Counted from the stretch's first letter, positions 40,898 to 50,702 are shown. The stretch: DNA of 64,000 bases from Desulfobacterales bacterium (GCA_963674755.2 CAXXVS010000003.1:1696001-1760000); one strand, 5' to 3'. Notes: a model not told the origin generated them from the sequence alone. Program-made: numbers and translations.

Positions 40898-40969
40898 ACC
40901 ACGAAGATCATGAAGAACACGAAGGGATTCAACTCTTCTTTTTGAGATTTTCTTCGTGTACTTCGTGGT
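40898..40969. repeat. Inverted 9-bp-periodic repeat
   Basis: ACCACGAAGATCATGAAGAACACGAAG ... CTTCGTGTACTTCGTGGT. Confidence 0.65.
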
Positions 40970-41068
40970 AAATTCCTGTTGACTCTATCTTTATAGAGAG
41001 CTGTCTTATAAAAGATTCTCTCCATTTCATTCCGCGTGGGATGTAAAGAATCAAAGCATCAGCTTTCA

Positions 41069-41190
41069 GGCGGTTTCGTAAAACGTTCGAGATCAAGGCT
41101 TGCGAATCTTGAGGAATGAGGCGTACGCCAGTACGCCGCAGTGACGAGAGATGCGTGTAACGCAGATATCGGACGTTTTATGAAACCGTC
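41069..41190. mobile_element. MITE-like element (family A, inverted copy)
   Basis: Reverse complement of 18584-18707 with long identical blocks (e.g. TTCGAGATCAAGGCTTGCGAATCTTGAGGAATGAGGCGTAC). Abuts the stop codon at 41191. Confidence 0.85.
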
Positions 41191-42021
41191 TTACTTGATG
41201 CCGGCATACATGAAAGACTGCACGAACTGGCGCTGGAAGAGCAGGAAGGCCACCAGCAGGGGGGCCACCGAGAGCAGGGTGGCGGCCGAAATGATGGACC
41301 AGTTGACCCCGGATTCCGGGGCCCCGAAGATCCCCAGCCCCACGGTCAGGGGCCGGGTTTCCACCGAGTTGGTCACGATGAGGGGCCACAGGAAATTGTT
41401 CCAGTGGTGGCTGATGGAGACCAGGGCGTAAGCCAGGTAGGTGGGGCGCGCCAAGGGCACGTAGACCTTCCACAACACCCCCAGGGTGCCGCAGCCTTCC
41501 AGACGGGCGGCGTCTTCCAGTTCCTTGGGGGTCGCTTTGAAGGCCTGGCGCAGGAGGAAGATGCCGAAGGCGCTGGCCATGTAGGGCAGTCCGATGCCGA
41601 GGATGGTGTCCACCAGGCCGAAGTGTGCCAGGGTGACGTAGTTCTCCACGATCAGAATCTCGGGCGTGATCATGAGCTGCACCAGCACCAGGGCGAAGGC
41701 GATCTGGTGGCCGCGGAATTCGTAGCGTGCAAAGGCATAGGCCGCCAGGGTGCACAGCACCAGTTGGGCGCCCAGGGTCATGGTGACCAGGATGAAGGTG
41801 TTCAGGGCATAGCGGGGAAAGGGCGCCTGGGACAGGGCCTCGCGGAAATTGTCCAGGGTGAGCGGCGCCAGCAGGTGGAAATTGACGGCGTATTCCCCCG
41901 GGTGGAAGGCCGCCCAGAAGGCGTAGGCCAGGGGGGAGATCCAAAGGACGGCCAGCAGCCAGGCGGCGCCGTTTTCCAGCCCGGTCTGGACGATTTGGGA
42001 AGGGGAGCGTCGCGGCGTCAT
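41191..42021 (-). CDS. Carbohydrate (CUT1) ABC transporter permease, UgpE/MalG-like
   Basis: EAA loop 'ELEDAARLEG', 'WNNFLWPL', 'FQRQFV'. Confidence 0.92.
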   Translation of the reverse strand: MTPRRSPSQIVQTGLENGAAWLLAVLWISPLAYAFWAAFHPGEYAVNFHLLAPLTLDNFREALSQAPFPRYALNTFILVTMTLGAQLVLCTLAAYAFARYEFRGHQIAFALVLVQLMITPEILIVENYVTLAHFGLVDTILGIGLPYMASAFGIFLLRQAFKATPKELEDAARLEGCGTLGVLWKVYVPLARPTYLAYALVSISHHWNNFLWPLIVTNSVETRPLTVGLGIFGAPESGVNWSIISAATLLSVAPLLVAFLLFQRQFVQSFMYAGIK

Positions 42022-42896
42022 CGGTAGTGCACCCGTTTGTCCAGAAGGAAAAATTGCAGCAGGGCCATGACCGCCAGCAGCACCAGCAGGACGACGGTGA
42101 GGGCCGCGGCAAAATGGGTCTCGAAGTAGGAAAAGGCCGTCTCGAAAATGTAGTAGAGCAGAAGATTGCTGGCGTTGTTGGGCCCGCCCTTGGTGAGCAC
42201 GAAGAGGTGATCCACCAGTTTGAAGGAGTTGAGCACGGCGTTGATCAGCACGAAGAGGGTCGTGGGCATCAGCAGGGGAAACATCACCCGCCGGAAGTAG
42301 TGCCAGCGCCCGGCCCCCTCCAGCTGGGAGGCCTCCTCCAGCTCGGGCGGGATGTTCTGCATGGCCGCCAGGTAGAAGATCATGAAGAAGCCGGCCTCCT
42401 TCCAGATGGTCATCACCATGATGGCCGGCAGCACCGTGGCGGGGTCCCCCAGCCAGTTGTGCCCCGGCAGACCGAACCAGGAGAGCATCTGGTCGATCAG
42501 GCCGATTTCGGGGGTGTAGAAGAACAGCCAGATGTTGGCCACCGCGATCATGGGCAGAATCGTGGGGGTGAAATAGGCCATGCGCACCAGCGCCCGGCCC
42601 GGGAGGGCCCGGTTGACGAACAGGGCCATGGCGATCGCCAGGGCGATGGAGGTGGGAATGGTGCCCAGGGCGAACCAGACATTGTTCCCCAGGACCTTCC
42701 AGAAAATGGGGTCGCCCAGCATCCGTTCGTAATTCAGAACGCCCACGAAGCGGGACGGGCGGATGGCCGTGCCCTTGGAAAACAGGCTGTCGATCACCGT
42801 CATCACCGTCGGATAGTGGGTGAAGGCGATCAGCAGAATGGCCGCCGGCGTCAACAGCAGCCAGCCCTGAACATTTCGCGACACCTGGGTCCGCAT
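42018..42896 (-). CDS. Carbohydrate (CUT1) ABC transporter permease, UgpA/MalF-like
   Basis: 'ELEEASQLEGA', 'TKGGPNNAS'. Confidence 0.92.
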   Translation of the reverse strand: MRTQVSRNVQGWLLLTPAAILLIAFTHYPTVMTVIDSLFSKGTAIRPSRFVGVLNYERMLGDPIFWKVLGNNVWFALGTIPTSIALAIAMALFVNRALPGRALVRMAYFTPTILPMIAVANIWLFFYTPEIGLIDQMLSWFGLPGHNWLGDPATVLPAIMVMTIWKEAGFFMIFYLAAMQNIPPELEEASQLEGAGRWHYFRRVMFPLLMPTTLFVLINAVLNSFKLVDHLFVLTKGGPNNASNLLLYYIFETAFSYFETHFAAALTVVLLVLLAVMALLQFFLLDKRVHYR

Positions 42897-42964
42897 GGAA
42901 GTTTTCAGGTCCGTTGAAGACCGGCGCGCCGGCGGGAGCCGCCCGCGCGCCGGGGGTTATTGCC

Positions 42965-44242
42965 TTAGCGGTACGGTTTCAACAAACGATCGGCCTGGGC
43001 CTGGGCTTCCCCCAGGGCCTGCTGCGGCGTCTGGGCGTCGGTCAGGGCGGCCTGGATGGCATCGTCCAGCAGTTTACGCACCCGGCCGGTCTGATAGGTG
43101 GAAAGTTCGGCCGTTGCGTACTGGAGCTGGTCGCGGGCCACCGCCGCGGGGGGGAATCCCTTGATGTATTGCTTCAGGGCCGCTGTTTCATAGGCCGCCG
43201 GGCTGACCCCCAGGTAGCCGGTTTTGATGGACCATTCGGCGGAGCGCTCCGGGCTGGTCATGAACTTGATCAGCCGCATGGCGGCCTTGCGCTCTTCCGG
43301 GGTGGTTTTCTTGAAGATGTAGAAATTGCCGCCTCCCGTGGGCGTTCCGCGCCGCTTGTTGGCCGGCAGCATGGCCACCCCGAAGTCGAAGGTGGCGTTG
43401 TTCTTGACCGCCGTCAGGTTGCCGGTGGAATGCCACATGATGGCGGTTTTGCTCTCCAGGAAATTCTGGCGCAGGGTTCCCCATTCGATGGTGCCGCCGG
43501 GCATGACCTTGTACTTGCTCCCCAGGTCTTTCCAGTATTGCAGGGCACCCACCACGTCCGGGTTGGCGAAATAGGTTTCATTGCCATCGCCGTTCATGAG
43601 GACCTGACCGTTTTGCATGGCCAGGGCGCCGAACATCCAGTAGGGGTAGCCGGTGGAGGGAATCATGACGCCCCATTGGGAGCCGTCGGGTTTGGTGAGT
43701 TTTTGGCCCATGGAGACCATTTCGTCCCAGGTGGCCGGCGGTTTGTCGGGATCCAGGCCGGCCGCCCGAAAGGCGTCCTTATTGTAATACATGACGATGG
43801 TGGAGCGCTGGAAGGGGATGCCCCAGGTCTTGCCGGCGGTGCGGCCGTTTTCCATGAGGGCGGGGTAGAAGGAATTCAGCCAGGCTTTTTCTTCGGCGGT
43901 TTCCACCACGTCGTCGAAGGGGATGATGGCATCCTGTTCGATCAACTCGTAGATGTCGATGGAGAACATCACCGAGAGCTGGGCCGGTTCGCCGCTTTTC
44001 AAGGCCGCCAGAGCCTTGATGCGGGCATCGTTGTAATTGCCGGCATAGATGGCCTTGACGGTGATATCCGGGTTGGCCTTCATAAAATCGGCCACGATGC
44101 CGTCCACGATTTTGGTCAAGGGTCCGCCCACGGCCACCGGATAGTACATGGTCAGCTCGGTGGCGGAACCCGCCGTGACGCCCGCCAACAGCACAAGCGC
44201 CGCCATTATCCCCATTCCCATCCATTTGAATCGTTTCAGCAT
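42965..44242 (-). CDS. ABC transporter substrate-binding protein, UgpB-like
   Basis: ATG at 44242 with SD AGGAG and a signal peptide. 'PFQRSTIVMYYNKDAF', 'PTGGGN'. Confidence 0.9.
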   Translation of the reverse strand: MLKRFKWMGMGIMAALVLLAGVTAGSATELTMYYPVAVGGPLTKIVDGIVADFMKANPDITVKAIYAGNYNDARIKALAALKSGEPAQLSVMFSIDIYELIEQDAIIPFDDVVETAEEKAWLNSFYPALMENGRTAGKTWGIPFQRSTIVMYYNKDAFRAAGLDPDKPPATWDEMVSMGQKLTKPDGSQWGVMIPSTGYPYWMFGALAMQNGQVLMNGDGNETYFANPDVVGALQYWKDLGSKYKVMPGGTIEWGTLRQNFLESKTAIMWHSTGNLTAVKNNATFDFGVAMLPANKRRGTPTGGGNFYIFKKTTPEERKAAMRLIKFMTSPERSAEWSIKTGYLGVSPAAYETAALKQYIKGFPPAAVARDQLQYATAELSTYQTGRVRKLLDDAIQAALTDAQTPQQALGEAQAQADRLLKPYR

Positions 44243-44330
44243 GGCGTTTCTCTCCTTGTTGAGTCGGTTTGCAGTGGCCGAACCCAGACGATTCGGCGGG
44301 AAGGCCGATGGGCCGATGCGGAATCGCGCC

Positions 44331-45395
44331 TTAGCCCGACGACGCGGCTTCCGAAGCGTCGATGCCGATGCCGTCGGCGCCGAAACACTGGACCGCCGTC
44401 TCCGGCCAGTTGATGTGTAGCGTTGCACCGGGGGTGAAGTCGTGCCGGCCGTCGATCTTGGCGAACAACAGCTGATCGCCGTGCTTCAGGCGCACCACCG
44501 TTTCGGCCCCCAGATAGTCGACAGCGGCAATTTGCACCGGCAATCCTTGTGCGCCCACCTGTACGGCTTCGGGGCGTACCCCGATGAAGCCCTCCGGTGG
44601 ACAGGCGGCCGGCAGGCGGCCCCCGCAGGCCGCGGCCAGAACGTTGCGGTCCCGGATCAGGTCGATCTTCAGCAGGTTCATGGGGGGCGATCCCAGGAAC
44701 TGGGCGGCGAAGATCGTGCGGGGCTTTTCGTAAAGCGCGTGGGGCGGGCCGATCTGCTCCACGCGGCCCTGCTGCAGCAGGACGACCTGGTCCGCCATGG
44801 TCATGGCCTCCACCTGGTCGTGGGTGACGTAAACCATGGTCAACCCCAGCTTCTGCTGCAGCGAGCGGATTTCATCGCGCATCTCCGCCCGGAGCTTGGC
44901 GTCCAGGTTGGAGAGGGGTTCATCCATGAGACAGACCCGCCGCCGCGATACGATGGAGCGCGCCAGGGCCACCCGCTGGCGCTGCCCGCCGGACAATTGG
45001 GAGGGCTTGCGATGCAACAGGTCGGACAACCCCACCATGCGGGCCGCCTTTTCAAGCCGCGCGCGGCGGTCGTCCCGGGTGACGCGTCGGACCTTGAGCC
45101 CGAAGAGGATATTTTCACGAACGGTCAGATGGGGGAAAAGCGCGTAGGACTGAAAGACCATGGAGACCCCGCGCTCGGCCGGGTCCATGTGGGTCACCTC
45201 TTGGCCGCCGATGGCAATGGAGCCGGCCGTGGTCGTTTCCAGGCCGGCGATCAGGCGCAGGATCGTGGATTTGCCGCACCCGGAAGGCCCCAGGAGTACC
45301 GTCAGGCTGCCCTCCGGAACGGAGAAGGAGACGCCGTCGGCCGCCGCAACATCGGCCCAGCGCTTGGTCAGTCCGTGAATATCGATCCGGCTCAT
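44331..45395 (-). CDS. ABC transporter ATPase, UgpC/MalK-like
   Basis: 'GPSGCGKST', 'LSGGQRQRVA', 'DEPLSNLDAKLR'. The start overlaps the DeoR stop. Confidence 0.93.
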   Translation of the reverse strand: MSRIDIHGLTKRWADVAAADGVSFSVPEGSLTVLLGPSGCGKSTILRLIAGLETTTAGSIAIGGQEVTHMDPAERGVSMVFQSYALFPHLTVRENILFGLKVRRVTRDDRRARLEKAARMVGLSDLLHRKPSQLSGGQRQRVALARSIVSRRRVCLMDEPLSNLDAKLRAEMRDEIRSLQQKLGLTMVYVTHDQVEAMTMADQVVLLQQGRVEQIGPPHALYEKPRTIFAAQFLGSPPMNLLKIDLIRDRNVLAAACGGRLPAACPPEGFIGVRPEAVQVGAQGLPVQIAAVDYLGAETVVRLKHGDQLLFAKIDGRHDFTPGATLHINWPETAVQCFGADGIGIDASEAASSG

Positions 45396-46168
45396 GGGGT
45401 TCGGTCTCCGTTGCAGACCACCAGCTGGGTTCCGGATTGGGCCAGCAGGTCGCGCATGTCCGGCGGCGGTGTGCGGTCGCAGAAGACGACGGTGGCCTCG
45501 TCGATGCGGCCGCCGCGCACATGGGCCGGCCGGCCGAATTTGGTATGGTCGAGCACGAGGAAGGCACTGCGGCTGTTCTGGCGGATGATCTGCCGGGCCC
45601 GGACTTCTTCTTCGTAGAAGTCCAGCAGGGTGCCGTCGTCGTCCACCCCGGCCACCCCGTAGATGCCGATATCCACCTTGTAGGCGCTGAAAAGGGCCTC
45701 CATGCCGTTTCCCATGACATCCCGGTCCTCGTTGCGCAGCCGGCCACCGGCCACGGTGACTTCGAAGGTGGGATTGGCGCAGGCCAGAACTGCGATATTG
45801 AGGTTGTTGGTAAAAATACGCAGGTGCTGGTGTTTCCGCAGGGCGCTGGAGACGATTTCCGGGGTGGTGCCGATGCTGAACGCCAGGGAGACCCCGTCGG
45901 GGACATGGCGGGCCACCGCGTCGGCGATCATCTGCTTGGCCCCCTGGTTGAGCACCTGCCGCCAGGCGTAGGCCACATTGCCGGGGGTGTCCATGCGCTG
46001 CACCCCCCCGTGCACGCGCCGGGCCAGGCCGCGCGCGCACAGGCGATTCAGATCCCGCCGGATGGTCTGGGTGGTGACCTGAAACTGCCGGGCCAGCTCT
46101 TCCACAAGGATGAAGTCCGACTGGCGAACCATTTCCGCTATGTGGGCCTGGCGTTCGGAAAGCTGCAT
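45392..46168 (-). CDS. DeoR/GlpR family transcriptional regulator
   Basis: 'VTTQTIRRDL', 'RRVHGG', 'IGTTPE', 'DHTKFGR'. Confidence 0.93.
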   Translation of the reverse strand: MQLSERQAHIAEMVRQSDFILVEELARQFQVTTQTIRRDLNRLCARGLARRVHGGVQRMDTPGNVAYAWRQVLNQGAKQMIADAVARHVPDGVSLAFSIGTTPEIVSSALRKHQHLRIFTNNLNIAVLACANPTFEVTVAGGRLRNEDRDVMGNGMEALFSAYKVDIGIYGVAGVDDDGTLLDFYEEEVRARQIIRQNSRSAFLVLDHTKFGRPAHVRGGRIDEATVVFCDRTPPPDMRDLLAQSGTQLVVCNGDRTP

Positions 46169-46299
46169 GGGATCAATCGGGCCTGTTTTTGAGAATGGCA
46201 GATTTTCATTTGAGCGGTATTGGCACCCTACAACAACAAAATCGTAAAAAGCAACCTAATTGTTGTTTGTTTGGTTTTCATTAGCGGGCAATGTTTTTT

Positions 46300-46327
46300 C
46301 AATTAATTTTCATATGAAAATTAATTG
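46300..46327. promoter_or_regulatory. Perfect 28-bp palindrome, candidate operator
   Basis: CAATTAATTTTCAT|ATGAAAATTAATTG in the AT-rich region upstream of the DeoR-ABC operon. Confidence 0.55.
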
Positions 46328-46450
46328 TGTTGCTTCCGGGCTTCTCCGCTATCCGTTATGGGGGAGGACGCGGGCCTTTGGGAAAACTGGACAGACGGCG
46401 GGATTGCTTTAAGAACGCCCCCTGGCGGTTTTCTTCGGATAAGAAGACGA

Positions 46451-47104
46451 TCAGGTGCAGATATAGATCTTGGATCGGCCGGTCGGGGTGGGGCTCTTTT
46501 GGACGTGACGGAAGTAGTGCTGCAGGAAGCGCGCCTCGTGTTTCAGGATCTGCAAGGCCCTTTGGCGGCCCATGGACATCAGACGGATATAGAAGAGCAG
46601 ACGCACGAAGCGGTTTTGCGGCACCTCGTGCTCCATCATCACAAAGGGCTTGCCCGGCTTGAGGCAGCGTTTGATTTCCTCCAGGGCCGCCGCCTGGGTT
46701 CGACCTTTGAGTTCGTAGAAGGCATGGGAGCAGGTCACGGCCGCGAAGCGGTCATCCTTGAAGGGCAGCCGGCTGCAGTCGGCCTGGACCAGACAGATTG
46801 CCTTGCGAGCTGAGGTCTTGGCGCGGGCGGCCCGCAGCATGCCCCCCGAGAAATCGAGCCCCACGATCAGACCGGCGTCGTCCACCCGCTCGGCCAGGGG
46901 GTGAAGTGTGGCCCCGGTGCCCGTGCAGATATCGAGCACGATATCGCCGGGGCGGGCGGCGGCCTGTTTGGCTAGGACAGCACGCAAAATCCCCTGTTTG
47001 TCGGTGGCGTGCAGGGCGATGAAGCGGTCGTAGCAATGGGAGAACAGGTCGTAATATTTTTGTCGGAAACGGCGCATGGCGGCAGGTCCTTTGAAGAACG
47101 CCAT
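46451..47104 (-). CDS. Class I SAM-dependent methyltransferase (UbiE-like)
   Basis: 'VLDICTGTG', 'GLDFSGGML', 'LPFKDDRF', 'LKPG'. Start uncertain (47104 or 47077). Confidence 0.85.
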   Translation of the reverse strand: MAFFKGPAAMRRFRQKYYDLFSHCYDRFIALHATDKQGILRAVLAKQAAARPGDIVLDICTGTGATLHPLAERVDDAGLIVGLDFSGGMLRAARAKTSARKAICLVQADCSRLPFKDDRFAAVTCSHAFYELKGRTQAAALEEIKRCLKPGKPFVMMEHEVPQNRFVRLLFYIRLMSMGRQRALQILKHEARFLQHYFRHVQKSPTPTGRSKIYICT

Positions 47105-47156
47105 TGTTTCGACTTTCCGCCGAAAAGTCAACGACGGGATGGACCAATCGAATACC

Positions 47157-48002
47157 TTAGGTTTCCAGTTCGGGGTAGAGCCTTTGGGCGCACTCCGGAC
47201 AGACCCCATGGCTGAATACCGCTTCGGAATGGGCGGATATGTACAGTTCGATCTGCTGCCAATAGCCTTCATCATCCCGGATACGTTTGCAGGAGGCGCA
47301 GATGGGCAGCATGCCGCTCAGCGCCCGGACCTCGGCCAGGGCCTTTTGCAGATCCGAAATCAGACGCTCCTTCTCGGCTTCGGAATGCTTGTGTTTGGTT
47401 ATATCCCGGCAAATCGTCTGATAGATGAGCCGCCCGTCGGAATCCAGACGCTGGCTTGAGGTTTTGAGCGCACTGATTTTCCGGCCGTCTTTGCGGCGCA
47501 GGCCGCATTGGAAGTCCGCGACGTATCCGTATTGTTCCATCTCCTTTTTCCAGGCTTTTCTTTCTTCCCGGTCCAGCCATGTTTCCAAAGCATTCATCCG
47601 CATGAGTTCATCGCGGGGATAGCCCAACAGTCGCTCGTAGGCCGGGTTGACATCGACATAAGTGCCGTCGCTCGTGGAAATGATAATCGCATCACGGGAG
47701 TGCTCGAACAAGAGACGATATTTCTGCTCGCTGGCTTTCAGCGACTGCTCCGTTTCCTTGCGTCGGGCAATTTCCGCCATGCGGTCCCCGTAGCAGCCAT
47801 GAAATTTTTTCAGAATAAAAAAAGAAACCGATACGGCCAGGAGCGTCGTGAAAACGATCGTTACGACATGGGAACCCCAAATGGAGATATCCGGGAAGAG
47901 AAACTGTTTGGCGCCTTCGTAAAGCGCCATCAGGGAAGCCATTACGGCCAGGATGACCGTCAGCTGCCAGGCAAGGTTCGGATTGTGATTGGAATCAGTC
48001 AA
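47157..48002 (-). CDS. 2TM-PAS protein ending in a Cys-rich domain
   Basis: TTG at 48002 with SD AAGGGA. PAS 'LFEHSRDAII...VNPAYERLLGY'. Tail 'LPICASCKRIRD...SHGVCPEC'. Confidence 0.82.
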   Translation of the reverse strand: MTDSNHNPNLAWQLTVILAVMASLMALYEGAKQFLFPDISIWGSHVVTIVFTTLLAVSVSFFILKKFHGCYGDRMAEIARRKETEQSLKASEQKYRLLFEHSRDAIIISTSDGTYVDVNPAYERLLGYPRDELMRMNALETWLDREERKAWKKEMEQYGYVADFQCGLRRKDGRKISALKTSSQRLDSDGRLIYQTICRDITKHKHSEAEKERLISDLQKALAEVRALSGMLPICASCKRIRDDEGYWQQIELYISAHSEAVFSHGVCPECAQRLYPELET

Positions 48003-48535
48003 TGCGCATCCCTTAGGGCCCAGCGTCAACGTCGCATCGGGCCGTGGTCTCAGATCCCGTTCTGACGTTGATCAATCGGCGTTACCAGCGGATAGATAAC
48101 GGGCTCTATCTGCCGGCGTTTCGGTTATCGTCCAAAACCTGTTCAACTTTAACGCAAATTGAGCCGCAGACAAGGGCCTGACAGGGGGCCGGCGGGCCTT
48201 TGGTGCGGTGCAGGATTGGATCCGCTGCAGGACGCAACGGCAGGGCAGCGTTTGCCAGGAAAGGCGCCATCGTTAGGGCTTTCCACCGGCACGTCATGCA
48301 TGGGATGCGGGCGCGGCCATGGCGACCGTCCGGGCCAGGCAAGGCCCTTGAGGGGGCGCCTGGTTTCGAGGTCGTTCCGGGAATACATCCTTTATCCATC
48401 CCCAATAAGCTCTATGACCCATGGACAGGAACCCTCGGCGGGCATCATTATACAAGGGTTCGGAGTTCGCCGGAACCGTCCCTGAAACGATGCGGCTGAG
48501 GGGGCCAAACCCCTGGCCAATGAGAGGAGAATTTC

Positions 48536-50092
48536 ATGGAAGACAACACCCCAAGCAAGCCTGCCATTATCGTTATTTTCGGCGCGGGGGGCGATCTCAC
48601 CTGGCGCAAGCTGATCCCGGCCCTCTATAGTCTGTTTCGGGACGGCTGGATGCCGGAGCGTTATGCCGTGTTGGGCGTGGATCGCGTGGCGATGAATGAC
48701 GAAACCTTCCGGGACCACCTCCGGGAAAAGGTCACCCCTAATTTTCAGCAGGACGATGGCGAAGACGATCGCTGGTCGGCTTTTGCCGGGAACTTCACCT
48801 TCCTGCAGGCGGATTTCGACAGTGACGAGGCCTATAACACCCTGGCGGAGCGGGTCCGGGCCATCGAAAAAGGATGGGAGGATCAAGCCGACAAAATCTT
48901 CTACCTGGCCGTGCCGCCGGGCCTTGTAAACGATATCGCCCAGGGACTGGGCCATACCGGTATCCAGGAGGACCGCGAACACTGCCGCATCGTGGTCGAA
49001 AAGCCCTTCGGTCACGATCTGGAATCCGCCCGGGCGCTCAACACCATCCTGACGGACATCTTCCAGGAGAGGCAAATCTTTCGCATCGACCATTTCCTGG
49101 GCAAGGAGACCGTCCAGAATATTCTGGCCTTCCGCTTCGGCAACACCCTTTTCGAGCCGCTTTGGAACCGCCACTATATCGATCATGTGCAGATCACCGT
49201 GGCCGAGTCCCTGGGGGTCGAGCACCGGGGGGGATACTACGACAAGGCCGGCGCGTTGCGGGACATGATTCAAAACCACCTGATGCAGGTGTTCTGCCTG
49301 ATCGCCATGGAGGCGCCGGTGTCCTTCGACGGCGATGAGGTGCGCAACAAGAAGGTGGATGTGCTGAAGGCCACGCGCGAGATCCCGCTCCACCGGGCCA
49401 ACGAATTCGCCGTGCGGGGCCAGTACACGGCCGGTTGGATCGAGGGCGAGCGTGTGTCCGGTTACCGCGGGGAGCCGGATGTGGCCAAGGATTCCCTGAC
49501 CGAAACCTATGCGGCCCTGAAACTTTACGTGGACAACTGGCGCTGGCAGGGCGTGCCTTTCTACCTGCGCACGGGCAAGCGCCTGCCGGCCAAGGTGTCC
49601 GAGGTTTCCATCCAGTTTAAGCCGGTGCCGCACCAGACCTTTCCCAGGGCCGCGCTGATGGACTGGCGCCCCAACCGTCTGCTGCTGGCCATCCAGCCCG
49701 AGGAAGGCATCTTCCTGCGTTTTGAAGTCAAACACCCCGGCATGACCATGCACCTCTCGCCGGTGCTGATGCAGTTCTACTACCGGGAGGCCTTTGAAAG
49801 CGCTCCGCCGGAAGCCTACGAAACCCTACTGCTGGACGTCATGCGCGGCGATCCGACCCTTTTCATGCGGGCCGATCAGACCGAGGCGGCCTGGAAGGTC
49901 CTGACCCCGATCCTGGAGACCTGGAAGAAAGTGCGGCCCTTTTCTTTTCCCAACTACCAGGCCGGCACCTGGGGACCCGAGGAAGCCGAAATCCTGATTG
50001 CCCAGGACGGGCGCAGCTGGGTGATGCCCACCCACCTGCAATGCCAGGAAAACCTGGCCGCCTGCCATATTGTCACGGGCCGGCCCTCGTGA
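48536..50092 (+). CDS. zwf: Glucose-6-phosphate dehydrogenase
   Basis: 'GAGGDL', 'RIDHFLGKE', 'RWQGVPFYLRTGK'. Confidence 0.96.
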   Translation: MEDNTPSKPAIIVIFGAGGDLTWRKLIPALYSLFRDGWMPERYAVLGVDRVAMNDETFRDHLREKVTPNFQQDDGEDDRWSAFAGNFTFLQADFDSDEAYNTLAERVRAIEKGWEDQADKIFYLAVPPGLVNDIAQGLGHTGIQEDREHCRIVVEKPFGHDLESARALNTILTDIFQERQIFRIDHFLGKETVQNILAFRFGNTLFEPLWNRHYIDHVQITVAESLGVEHRGGYYDKAGALRDMIQNHLMQVFCLIAMEAPVSFDGDEVRNKKVDVLKATREIPLHRANEFAVRGQYTAGWIEGERVSGYRGEPDVAKDSLTETYAALKLYVDNWRWQGVPFYLRTGKRLPAKVSEVSIQFKPVPHQTFPRAALMDWRPNRLLLAIQPEEGIFLRFEVKHPGMTMHLSPVLMQFYYREAFESAPPEAYETLLLDVMRGDPTLFMRADQTEAAWKVLTPILETWKKVRPFSFPNYQAGTWGPEEAEILIAQDGRSWVMPTHLQCQENLAACHIVTGRPS

Positions 50093-50209
50093 AATTGTTG
50101 CCGCCGCCACTGTCCGATGGACAACGCCGTTCGGCCAAGACAACCGGAGCGGCTTGCGGTCCGCCCCCGTTTTCCGTTGGAACGGCAGAACGCCGGGAGG
50201 GAAGTCAAC

Positions 50210-50674
50210 ATGCAAATCGGCATCGCCGCCGATCACGGCGGCTACGAACTGAAGGTGACGTTGATCGCGGCGCTGAAGCGCCTGGGCTGCGAGGTCAAGG
50301 ATTTTGGCGCCCATCACCTGGATAACCAGGACGACTACCCGGACATGGTGGTTCCGCTGGCCCGGGCTGTGGCGGCCGGGGAAGTGGCCCGCGGAGTGGC
50401 CCTCTGCGGCAGCGGGGTGGGGGCCTGCGTGACGGCCAACAAAGTGCCCGGGGTGCGCGCGGCCCTGGTGGCGGATTGCTATTCGGCGCGCCAGGGGGTG
50501 GAGGACGACGACATGAACGTCCTGTGTCTGGGCGCACGGGTGACCGGGCCGGCCCTGGCCGAGGACCTGCTGGGCATCTTCTTGCAGGCCCGTTTCAAGG
50601 GTACCGACCGCTACCGGCGGCGGCTGGCCAAAATCGAACGGCTGGAAAACGGCGCCCCGGCCACCGGGGATTGA
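50210..50674 (+). CDS. rpiB: Ribose-5-phosphate isomerase B
   Basis: 'ADHGG', 'DDYPD', 'CGSGVG', 'NKVPGVRAA'. Confidence 0.94.
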   Translation: MQIGIAADHGGYELKVTLIAALKRLGCEVKDFGAHHLDNQDDYPDMVVPLARAVAAGEVARGVALCGSGVGACVTANKVPGVRAALVADCYSARQGVEDDDMNVLCLGARVTGPALAEDLLGIFLQARFKGTDRYRRRLAKIERLENGAPATGD

Positions 50675-50702
50675 TCGCTTTCCAGCACCAAAGGAGACAG
50701 CG

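Noticed and set aside
40589..41025. ORFs of 118 and 143 aa in the repeat cluster
   Set aside because: They are translations of hairpin repeats with no protein features.
42921..42953. GC-rich hairpin after the substrate-binding protein gene
   Set aside because: An ordinary intercistronic stabilising stem of ABC operons.
45396..46040. Apparent N-terminal extension of the ABC ATPase (569-aa ORF)
   Set aside because: It overlaps the DeoR gene in another frame. The real start is the ATG at 45395.
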